Positions 52,901 through 64,000 of a stretch of 64,000 bases of DNA are shown here, in pieces. A model generated the notes under the pieces. The model did no database searches. It had not been told where the DNA came from and saw nothing but the letters and a program-made list of their open reading frames with translations. Each line of letters begins with the position of its first letter. Positions within the stretch are counted from its first letter, which is position 1. Position numbers and translations under genes: made by a program. Source of the stretch: Paraspadella gotoi (lineage: Eukaryota > Animalia > Chaetognatha); assembly GCA_051294375.1 (NCBI GenBank), contig CM119264.1:10248175-10312174 (forward strand). The letters are read 5' to 3'.

Positions 52901-55255
52901 GCAGATGCCTAAAAAGAGTGGTGACTGAAGTTTATTCAGTCCTTATTTACCTGTGATTGTTAATCAGAGTTTCTATGAGCATTTTGTCGTAGTTCTGACC
53001 AAAAAAATTAAGCCACCTTGACAATAATTTAACTCGTAGTGATGCGGTTAATCCTGCCTATCATCTGTTTTTTATTCATTAGTTGCTGACAAAGTCAAAA
53101 AAAAAAAAAGAGAAAAACGCATTTATCTTCGTGCCATTCATAAAATTCCAGTTTCACTAACTTTTTTTCAAATGATCATACATAATTTAATAAAGTCAAA
53201 GTTTGACAAATCCAGTATAATAGCAACTGTAAAGTGTTTGCTGTTAATTTGTGTAAAAAGTGAAATATACTCAAAAAGAAAATAAAAATAGAAATTGTTA
53301 AAAAAGAAAGAAAAAGCAGATTAATAAAGTCCTACTCACACTCCCACCGATCCCTTAATCCCCCAATCCCCATCTAAATCCCGAACACCAAAACTTTATC
53401 AATTATCAGAGCAGTTGTGAAACAACATGTTGTGATTATTGCTGTGTAATAATGTAAAAATATACTCAAAGAGAAAGTAAAGGCAAAGATGTCAATGAGC
53501 TCTGGAGCTTCTTTAGCTTCTTCTACGTATGCAAGAAGACAAGCTGAATGATTGGCAGTTGATTGACCAGTTGACTATTTGGCAAACCTAACCGAGTTCT
53601 AATCTTAAAAGCACTGTAGTGACAAAGCAATAAACCTACTGTTTCAAAATGCCTTCTTCCTCCAGCGAGAACGCATCATTTTAAGGAAGAGTCAATATAT
53701 AATAGAACAAGAAAATAGAATATTAAGTCTCGCCAAAAAAATAGAAAAACACGAAAAAAACTCCACTCCTCTCCCAACTAATCATTTCTTCCCTCCTTGA
53801 TGCTGGGAAAATCGCCATTGTTAATAATTCATGCCTCCCTCAATGGTAGAAGTGCTATTAGTAATCAAACATTGAAGTTTGAACCTTTAGACACTGTCAA
53901 ATGTAAATTACAAATAATCATCAATATCATCTAACAAATGAAACTGAAACTAATCACCAATGTTAATCACCATGATATATCACCCACTCCCGCCCCAATC
54001 ATTCTTGTTTTCTATGTTCTCCCCCTCAACTATATCGCCAAATTATCACCACAATCAAATAGCAAACTTAATCACCTTGTTCAAAAATATCATCATCAAC
54101 CCCCACCTGTTTCTATTAGACTGATGACCCCCCTCCAATTGATTTGTTTTATATGATGACCTGTACCCCACACCCAAAACCCATTCTCTTCTTTACCCCC
54201 TCCTCACATTCACAAATTTTCAGCACAGTTAGGCACTCTTCACTCCGCACCAGCACGATGACGTCTCACGCCATTCGAGGCCTTGATTACGCCATCTTGA
54301 CCAGAGAGGCCCAGTATATTAAGGTGATAGACAGAACCCGGGGTCTGATTACCCCCTCCTTTCTCATTCACCTACTCTTCATCCTCTCCCAGGGATTCGG
54401 GCCGCGTTCACGAGATTCATTCACCTTCCTCTCTTCTCCTACTCGTTTCTCTCCTTTTTTTTACCTGCATTTTTGTCTCAGTATAGATTTTCCTTCCGTC
54501 AATATATTAGTTTCCACATTCTCGTCACTTACGTTCGGTTAGGATACTTTTTCAGAGGAAAGAAGAAAGAAAAGAAAGAAAGAAAAAGAAAAGAAAAGAA
54601 AAAAAAAAATGCTTGAAATAACAAGTCAACATCGAAAACCAAATTAACTTTTGATTAAAAGCGCGAACTGGAGAGACTTAAGACTAGAAGACTAAAAGGA
54701 AAAGAGGAAAAAAAAGGGGGGAGGAAAGAGAGAGAGAGGGGAGAGAGAGAGAGAAGAGGGAGAGGGAGACAGAGAGAGATGAGGAGAGAGAAGAGTGGAT
54801 GGAGGAAGAGAGAAAAAACTCTCAAAATGGCGAAACTTTTTCCGTTCCACAGAAAAGTGTTTCCATTCGGTCCAAGATTAAAAGGAGCCGACTTGATGGA
54901 ACGACAAGCCCGATGAAGGCGATTGGGACGAGATTTGAGAAAGATTTCTCGGAATGTTGGAGAGCGGACAAACGACGAGGCATGTCGATGCTATTGTCAT
55001 TCTTCGGACTGATTCACGACGGTCACGAAAATAAAATCGAATCCGAATCACATTTAAGTTGCGGCAAGTGGACTGATTTTATGAGGAGCGAAGCGGCGAC
55101 TACAACCAACAACACAGCCACGTCCACACGACAACCGCAATTAACAATGGAATCGGACGCATCTGGACGCGCGCTTCCTCACGTCTCGCGATCGCCGTCC
55201 AAATTCCATTCTAGGGGGGGAACAAAGTTGAACAGAAACTCATTTCATGGGAAGA

Positions 55256-55294
<39 letters not shown>

Positions 55295-55382
55295 AGAGAA
55301 GAAGAGAAGAGAAGAGAGGAGAGAGTGAGAAGAGGAGAGAGAGAGAGAAAATTCAATGACGTTGAAAAGAAAGACGAGTGTT

Positions 55383-55416
<34 letters not shown>

Positions 55417-57096
55417 GAAAGAGAGAGAGAGAAGAGAACCGAGAGGAGAGAGAGAGAGGAGAGAAAAAAAAAAAATGGGGGGAAAATCAAATCGATCCCT
55501 CTTCCTAAGAATAGAATACAAAAAGGAAAGAACTCTGATTTAAAAGGAGAAAGATTAAAAAAAGGGAAAAAAGAGAGGAAAGAAAAAGACAAAAAGGAAA
55601 AGAAATGAAAAAGCATCAATTCGTCTCTCCTTCGAGAGAAGAGAGAAGAGAGAGAAACTCTTCTTCTTCCCCTTCCCCTCAACTTTCTCGCTATCTCTCT
55701 CTTTTTTTCCCGCCCAAGTGTCGTTGAAGAATTCGACGGAGAAAAAAACATGCCAAAAAACTCAAAATTATCGCAGATGCTTTGTTTTGTTTTGAAAGAT
55801 CGAGTTCTGCGGAGAGAGAATACGAGCGTTGACATCGAAATCGGCAGATCGATCATACGCAAAACGATGACGACGACGACAATTTGGAGGAACAACATGA
55901 AGTCTTACACTTTTACTTGAGTCAAAACTAATTTAATGTAATGCTTCAAATCTTATTATCTAAAAAAAAAAAAAATCTGCGAAGCCAGAGGGGCTTCGCC
56001 TTTCAAATTTAAATTAGATTAAAGGACGAGGAAGAGAAAAGTCGATGACGACGTTGACGACGACGAGGACGACGACGACGACACGACGACGATAAAACTT
56101 AGAGAGATACGCGGCCGAAAATGACGATTACACTGCGATACTAGAAGATGACGGGAGACGACTACGACAATGACAATATTGACGACGACGACGACGACAA
56201 GCACCACGCGACGCGACACGACACGACGTGGGCCTCTGAACTGCGCCGTTTGGGGAATTTTTAAAAGAACAAGGACGGGTGCGATCAAAACATCGATCAA
56301 ACTGGAAGAACTGCAAGGCGACGGTGGACCTTTACGCAAATAAAAAGAAAGAAAACCCTGGAAATCTCTGCCGTCTAACGGCGTCTTATGGGGTGAGGTT
56401 AAAGGTAAATAAGGAGTTGCTTTATGACCGAGAGGCACAAGACCGGGGTTTGGCGTGGGTGAGTGGATTTATTTATTTGGGGCGATGGGGATTCAGGGAA
56501 AAAAAAGGAGATCGGTTGAATCGGTTGATTCGGCCAAATACCACGTCAAGTATTCTTTTGTCCTCCGGCCAAGATTCGACGTCTATACTACTCCCCAAGC
56601 ATTTCGACTACAAACCGTTTTTACAAAAATATTTCGAGAGAAGTAACGAAGTTAAAAAACAGGAAAGCATTAATTATTAATTAATTAATTTGTTTGTCGC
56701 GGTTAGTAACTGAAAATGATGAAAAATGAGAAAAAGAGGAAAAGGGGGAAACAAAATTCGACATAAATAAAAAATTTTTTTTGAACAATCAGTTTGAGGC
56801 GACGTACGTCTCGCTCTCCGCTCTTCTCGCTCTCTCAGTATCCCCTTCGACCGTCCGCTCACCCCGGGCCTCTTTTTTTGCAGGAGCGCGTTTAGAAAAT
56901 CGTCCCCTACTGGAGCGAAGGACAGACACCTTTTAAAAAAAAACGAAAACCCTCATTAAGATCCAGAGTCCCGGATAGAGAAAAGGAGACGGAGAGGGGT
57001 CCGGTCATTCGCTTGACGTCAAGGAGGGAGAAGAGAAGAGAGAGAGAGAGAGAGAGAGAATGAAGAGAAGAGTAGAGAGAGTGAGAGAGAGAGAAC

Positions 57097-57135
<39 letters not shown>

Positions 57136-57500
57136 GGGAGTGAGAAGGGAAGAAAGGAATAGTATAGAAAAAAAGAAAGAAAAAAAGAAAGAAGAAAAAA
57201 AAATGAAAAGAAAAAAAAGAAAGAAAGAAAGAAAGAAAGAAAGGAAAGAAAAGAAAAGAGGAAGAAAGAAGAAGGAAAGAAAAAGGAAAGAAAAAAAGAA
57301 AAAAAAGATGAAAGAAAAAAGAGAGAAAAAGAAGAAAGAAAAAAAGAAAGAAAGAAAGAATTTTAAAAAATGAAGACTAAGCGGCTAAATGGCGAGAGGC
57401 AAATGTAATTTCGAAATATCGATCTTTTCATGTTTTCTCACAGATTCGGTTGCCTGTAATGTTTCTTTGTTCGAGAGTAAGAGACGAAAAAAGAAGGATG
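47052..57500 (+). repeat. Indel-rich duplicate of 36488-47026 (probable raw long-read gap-fill artefact)
   Basis: Colinear over 10.5 kb with differences dominated by 1-nt indels; follows a 25-N gap; supplies sequence across the N gaps of the first copy. Confidence 0.9.
50126..50164 (-). ncRNA. Minimal type I hammerhead ribozyme-like motif (other copies at about 39335-39374, 44153-44189, 54523-54557 and 63537-63575)
   Basis: Minus-strand consensus of the noisy copies: CGTCACT-CTGAAAA-GGT(ATCCTA)ACC-GAA(A)C-GTA-AGTGACG, i.e. 7-bp stem I, core, stem II and palindromic ACGT stem III. The core deviates from CUGANGA at G8. Confidence 0.5.
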
Positions 57501-58364
57501 AGCAGGAGAGGAAGGAGGGGGAGACAGAGAGAGAGAAAATGAGAGATTCATGGAGGAGAGAGAGAGAGAGCGAAGAGAAAGAAAGAGAGAGACGAGAGAG
57601 AGAGAGGAGGCATATGGTTGGACTTCCCTCCACATCTCGACGCTGATTGCTCCAGCCGCGACTCAGCCGGACTTTCCTCGGCACGGAGTAAGTTCGCTTC
57701 CTGATCGCTCGTCTTTCCGGCGAAGGAAGAGGATTCTCTTCCTTCTCTTTCTCTCTCTCTTCTCCTTTCGCTCCTCTTTCGCGAGACTTACCTCTCGAAT
57801 TTCGGAGGAAATTTATCATTTCTCATGAAAAAATTACTTTTCCCAATTGTGATATTTTAAATAAGGGGGAAAAACTATTTTTACAAAGACAAATGTATAA
57901 GTTAATGTGAAATTAACTGCTTAAAATTGATAAAAAAATTTACTAAAATAAGTTACCTTTACCAAAGCAAATACAGAGAATCCATTGTTATTAATATTAA
58001 AATAAACATAAAAGTTATGTCATAAATTAAAAATTTAAAATATCAATGAAACGAAAATAAAAAAATCAATTATTTTATAATTAATTAATTAGATTAATCA
58101 TTAATTAATAATTATGCTCAAGTCAGCACGTTACTCTCTTCGCCAATCTGGTCAAGTTTCATTGTCTTTTGTCGGAATGCTGACTGGTTTAGGAAGTCGC
58201 AGTTCAAAAAAGCCCACGGACTTAAGTAATAAAACAAAGTTTTAGTGCGGATCTGCATTTCACTCTATAATTCACTTTTCGGTCCGCGGTCCGCCCCATC
58301 AATCTTGTCGGGAATTCACTTATTATCAGTGTCAAGAACATCCGACATATGATAAATTATGAAA

Positions 58365-59420
58365 TTTTCCGTGAGAACAACGAAAAAATAAATTTTATTT
58401 AACATTAAAATTTGGATTGTTTCGGCTTTGTTCTTCAAGCCTTTCATCACATTTGAAAAAGGGACACAAAAATGTTTTTTACAAAATTGAGTGGTGAGTG
58501 AGAGGAGAAGAGAGAGAGAGAGAGAGAGAGTTTCCAACCAAAGAATTTTAATAAGGATAGTGTTCAGATGTGGAGAATAGTGAAGATGAGGACAGCGGAT
58601 GAAGAGAGAGTAAAAGTGAAATTTGGTTGAAAGGTTGAGAGAGAGAGAGAGAGAATCACTGAGCAAATATACATTTGGTAATGTACAACAAAGAATAAAT
58701 GGTGTGAAAAAAGACTTAAAACATAACAGAGAATTAATAAAGTTAAGTGAATTAGGTTAATTTTAGTACAATTTGTAGTATAAGTGAAATGAAAAATAAA
58801 AATGAAATGAAAAAGAAAATAATTTTTTGAGGATAAATAAGATGAAGGTAAAAGTGAAAAATAAGTAAAGAAAGGAAGCCAAATGAGCTGGTCCCCCCCC
58901 CCGGCCGGGCAAAATGTAGGCATTACTGAAAGAGTTTTGCGTTCATTGGCCACGTCATAGATTGAAGAGTATTGTGGCCGGCAAGTTGTTAGGCAAGGAT
59001 CTGTAGTAATCCAGCTGGAAATATTCCACTTATTTAAATTCTCTGATTATGTTTAGTCTTTTTCAACACCATTATCTTTATTGTACATTACCAAATGTAT
59101 ATTTTTGCACAGTGATTCTCTTTCTCCTCTCTCTCTTCTCTCTCTCTGCATCTCTCTCTCTCTCTCTCTCACCTTTCTCCAAATTTCACTTTTACTCTCT
59201 CTTCTTCCCTTCCTCATCTTCACCCTATTCTCACATTCTGACCACTATCCCTTACTAAATTTCTTTGTTGGAAACTCTCTCCCTCTCTCACCAGCACTCA
59301 ATGTTTTGTAAAAAAAAATTTTCTGTGTCTGGTTCAAATGCTGATGCAAGGCTGAAGAACCAAGCCGAAACATGTCCAAACTTTTATATGTTAATAAATT
59401 TTTGTGTTCCACAAAAAATT
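58365..59420. repeat. Inverted repeat with ~380-bp arms (58365-58745 and 59030-59420) and ~290-bp spacer
   Basis: e.g. atatacatttggtaatgtacaa vs ttgtacattaccaaatgtatat; gagagagtaaaagtgaaatttgg vs ccaaatttcacttttactctctc. Confidence 0.85.
59335..59380 (+). ncRNA. Hammerhead-like motif in an inverted repeat (mirror copy on - strand at 58411-58455)
   Basis: CTGATG(C)A-A-GGCT(T)gaagaac(c)AAGCC-GAAACATGTC: core, stem II, palindromic ACATGT stem III and GTC cleavage triplet; stem I unclear in noisy sequence. Confidence 0.45.
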
Positions 59421-60187
59421 CGTTCTTCTAATTAACAGCAACAAAAAAAAAATAAAGGAATTTAACACCAATGATAAATTATGCAAAAAAAAAACAAACG
59501 AGTCCGTCTGTCCTATCGTCCGTCCCACCTTAGCAAAAAACACCAATTTGTGACTGAGTGTTATCTTGATGACTGAAAGTCAATTCGAGTTGCCCAGAAT
59601 ACATTATTATTGTGAATAACAATTAATGTCTAGAGAAAAATTTGAAATGGAATTCAACAACGATTTATTTTAAATGAAGTCATTTAAAACTTTTTTCTAA
59701 ATCTCAACCACAACGAAACGAATGGATTTATAAATGTCTAACAATTAATGTCATATGAAAATTCTCTTTGACTAACTTTTTTAATTTGATATTAATAAAT
59801 CAAAATATCAAACTGTTTTTACCGAGATCCTTATGATTATATATTGAGAAAACTTTTTTGCTCCTCTGTTCATACGCCAGTCCAAATGATATTGAATAAC
59901 CCAGATATAAAATATAGTAGTTTTTTAAGAGAGTGAAAAGCAAAAACTAAGAGAAAATGTGGGAGAGAGAGAGAAAATGGAGCGAGAACGGTATTTTCGC
60001 GAGTCTTCGCCACCCTAGACCCGCGACGATCGCCCGTCGGTAGGAAAGGAAGAGGACCGCTTCATTTTTCGAGAGTCACCGACGCGGATGAACCTGCCGA
60101 CTTTGACCGCGCCTAAGAGAGCAAGGAGGGACAAGAGGGAAGCCTTTTGGTCGTCTCGCGGCATCGGTCGATGTCGGACCAAACCCC

Positions 60188-60225
<38 letters not shown>

Positions 60226-60462
60226 ATCGACTTAGAAAAATGGAAAATCAGCCAGAGTTAACGAAAAAATGTCAAAAGCAGAACCGAGCCTTGTTTTTAT
60301 TTTCGTTTTTCCCCCTCGAAGTTTTTTTTTGTTCCTGTGATTTTCGGTATAACAAAACGTTTCGCCCAGAGCATTGAGCATTAAACCAGAGTTTTCCTTT
60401 CGATGCATCCAACGTCTTTCGTTCATTAATCAACAACNNNNNNNNNNNNNNNNNNNNNNNNN

Positions 60463-63292
60463 CGAAAAAAGAAACTGTCAAGATTGGCGAACAAATAGAA
60501 AAACCTAAAAAAAACTGAGAGAAAGGAAAAGAAGAAGAAAGAAAAACGAAAGAAAGAAAGAAAGAGAAAGAAAGAAGAAGAAAGAAAAGAACCCGAAAGA
60601 AAGGGGAAAAAAGAAAAAAGAAGGAAAAAAAAGAAAGGAAAGAAGAAAACAAGAAAATTAAAAAAGAAAGGAAAGAAAAGGAAAGGAAAGATTTAAAAAA
60701 AAAGAAAAAAAAGGGAAAAAAGGAACCTAATTACTACGACATTCAAAGGGAGGGAGAGGAATTTTTTTTTCTTATGCAAAAGCAGGTGAATTTACCGCAG
60801 CGAAAGGAAAAAATTTCCCGTGTTACCCAGTGACAAAAGCGGTAGGGGGAATTAGAATCGCATATGAACTGCGACGCGACCGCACCGCAGTCGCAATGAA
60901 CGTTGGCACCGCGCCGAAACCGGCCGATGCGCGCGCGGCCCGCCACGCCCAAGCGCCAACCAAAGCGGCAGGGAAAATCGACAGTTTTGGAAAGAAACGA
61001 GAGGAAAAAAAGAAAAAAAGGAAAAAAAAGAAGGAAGACAGGAAAAAGAAAGAATTGGGATAAATTTGAAAACATGAGGGAGGGAGGCAACGATGCGGAA
61101 TTGACAACGTGGAGGAAAGAAAGGAAGGAAAGGGACAGCGAAAGTAAAGTCTGAATGTAAATAAGCAGGACGACGTAAGTCTTCCACCGATTTTATGGAC
61201 TTTTGCTTCTTTGGCGAATGAAATCATGTGAGTTTTTTTTACCAACTTTATTTCCTCTTCTTCAGGGATTTTTTGTGTTTGAATAGAAAAGCGAATGTAA
61301 AATGCTACCAATTAAAATAGAATTATTTAAAGCAATTCACAGAAACAGACACTATTGAAGTTTGAAATTCTACAAATTATATAAAACCCTAAGCATGGAT
61401 GATCAATTAATTTGTCCTTCCAAAAATCTCCGTTATCACAACGATGGTTGATGCTTATCTTATATTGGTGAGTTTGGATTTAACTACAAATGTCGGGGAA
61501 ATTAATTTTTATAAAATTCTCCCGTAATATTAGTTTATTAAAGTTTTTTTCAAAAAAATGTGATTCACCATGAACTCCCATATCATTTAAAAAAAAAAGG
61601 TGGTCCAAAGACCAGGGAGCGAATTCATTTGTATTTAATTCAAGAATCTATGTGATTCGGAAATACGAGACCAAAGTGAAACCTTTAACGAAACAAAGCT
61701 TCGTTCAAGGTTTAAAACTTGAAAATTAAAGTCAGTTTAAAAAATATAATTTGTTCGACTAAAGAAGAAACAACAAAACAAAAGAATAAAATAGAAAATA
61801 AAAAAAGAAAACTAAACAAAAAATTAAAATAAGAACTAGTTGTTGCGCCCTTGATCACATATGACATGACATGACTAACAAACTTTCTTTGCCCTGGTTT
61901 GTATTTATATATGCGTTTATTTCGATTGCAACATGGTTGGATTCAGTACGTCATAACATCAGCAAGACTAGGTCTTAAATAGTAGAGATTTGTTTGACAT
62001 GCCCTGCATCAAAAACCGCTTTAACTTATAGATTAGGAATTCCTCAAGCCGACGCTAGTTTTTTTTCTTCTTAACAATGAGCAACAACTTATAGCCAGAA
62101 TTATATCATTTTAACGTAAATGGGAATATCCGACGGACAGACATAACCGACCGACGACGACAACAAACACAGAACCGACGCCGACCTGACCGACTCCGAA
62201 AAGTGACTTAATAGAGTTGCTCGCGAGTACTCGCGGCGCAACGCAAAACTGAAAACTGTTCTACAATATAAAGAAAAAAAAATGCAACCGATGGGTGAAA
62301 AAAAAAAAAAAAGAAGGGCGATAAGCACCCTCAGCGAGGAGGGAAAACGACTAGGGAAAAAGAAAAAAAAAATCAGGGTTCGAAACGAAAACGAGAGAGG
62401 AAAGGAAAAGATCCGAGCGGTGAATAAGAAGGAGGATCTTTCCTTCCAGAAAGTACACCGCTCATTGGATGACGAAAAAAAAAAATATTCGTTATAAGTT
62501 TAAAGGCTAAGAAAAGACAATGTAGAATAGTGCCAATGTTTTGATAGGAAAACTCGACTGCCCTCTCCCGTCGAAAAGAAATAAGGAGACAGAGAGGAAA
62601 GAGAGAGAGAGGGAGAGATGGGAGAGATAGACGAGAAGGGCGAGAGGAGAGACGAGAAGAGAGAGAGTGAGAGACGAGATGACGAGAGACGAAGAGAGAG
62701 ACGAGAAGGAGGAGAGAATCAGCGAAGAGGAAATCACTGATTGCTGTGAAAGATGAGAATAATAGTGAGAAAAGATTTGAACCCAGACCGAGACGAGATA
62801 TAGACTCAGTTAATCAGATAAGTTGGAACTGGTTGATAGGGATCGAAGAGAAAAGACGCAGAAGAAAATGAATAAAAAGAAAAAGAAAGAAAGAAAGAAG
62901 AAAGAAAGGAAAAAGAAAGAAAGAAAGAAAAGAAAGAAAGAAAGAAAGAAAGAAAAAAAGAGAAAGAAAGAAAGAAAAGAAAGAAGAAAAGGAAAGAAAG
63001 AAAAATAGAAGAAAGAAGAAAAAAGAAAAGAAAGAAGAAAGGATAAAAGAAAAGAAAGAAAGAAGAAAAAATTAAAAAAATAAAAAAAAATAAAGAGACG
63101 AAATCGCGATGGCTAAAGACAAGAGCGTCGAAACGATATGAGGCAAACGACTCAGGAGGCGCTGACAAGGCAGTTGTGTGTCGAGCATCTTTGCCCAATT
63201 CTTCGCGGATCTCGCAGAAGATAGAGATTTTTAAAAAAAGATTAAGATAAAAAAATAGATAATAAAGAAAAAAAAAGAAGAAAGAAAGAAAA

Positions 63293-63327
<35 letters not shown>

Positions 63328-64000
63328 CAGTATATAAGTGATTAGACCAAGACGCGGGTCCTATTACCCCTCCTTCTCATTCAACCTCCTCTTCATCCTC
63401 CCCAGATTCGGGGCGCGTTCACGAGAGTCAGTTCCACCTTCCTCTTCTTCTCCTACTGTTTCTCTCCTTTTTTTTTACCTCATTTTTGTCTCAGGATAGA
63501 TTTTCCTTCCGTCAATATATTAGTTTCCCACATTCTCGTACTTACTTCGGTTAGGCATACCTTTTCAGAGTGACGCCAATCTGTGTTGCTCGAACATCTA
63601 AACCACAAAAAAACCCCCAGGATGGCTCCACGACTGATTTTTAGAAACGTGAAGAGAAACAAAATATAAAAAGACCGAAAATGAAGAAAAAAAGAAAAAA
63701 ATCTGAAAACTTTTTTCAATTTTTTTTAAAAAATTAAAAGTAAGAAAACAAACAACAAAAAAAAGGCTTTAAATTTGGATTAAATTTTAATCTTTTCCTC
63801 CATCCTCGTTTCCCCAACCCCGACTTTTTTTTGCACATTGCTTTGACAAAAAAAAACAAAAACATTTAATCGCCATTTCTTCTTCCGATTTTTTGTCCTC
63901 GTCGCTTCCTCCATCCGATTAGAGACTACGTCCTTTGCCGGCAGCTGTATCACTTTTTGCGAAAAATCTCCAATTTTTCTCTTGACTTTCCCTCCCACCT
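60463..64000 (+). repeat. Exact re-copy of 47052-50589 (offset 13411); assembly artefact
   Basis: Same start base after another 25-N gap; identical ORF translations and identical indels. Confidence 0.95.

Overview
AT-rich, CpG-retaining, microsatellite-dense eukaryotic (most likely invertebrate animal) genomic DNA from a gapped draft assembly. Nearly all ORFs in the supplied track are microsatellite artefacts; the real genes are spliced. Manual exon reconstruction gives four genes. (1) An unrecognised 3-exon minus-strand gene (6801-5003). (2-3) Two tail-to-tail paralogues of the ARHGAP39/Vilse RhoGAP domain (+ strand 14152-15468, with a candidate leader exon at 13529-13612; - strand 21295-16981). 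Neither shows WW or MyTH4 exons, and they differ by one intron. (4) A minus-strand type I membrane protein (six phase-compatible exons, 31310-27360) with an atypical Ig-like ectodomain, a TM helix and an ITIM-like motif; its last visible exon is in frame with the minus-strand RhoGAP 6 kb downstream. Mobile DNA includes two hAT-type MITEs with 8-bp TSDs (one a 612-bp foldback), Helentron/DINE-1/Pearl-like elements and a degraded LINE. It also includes a ~5-kb element with no readable ORF, bounded by ~250-bp direct repeats that carry a minimal Penelope-type hammerhead ribozyme motif, and a second hammerhead-bearing inverted repeat. Most of 47052-64000 is very probably an assembly artefact: a noisy long-read copy of 36488-47026, then an exact re-copy of its start, each after a 25-N gap.
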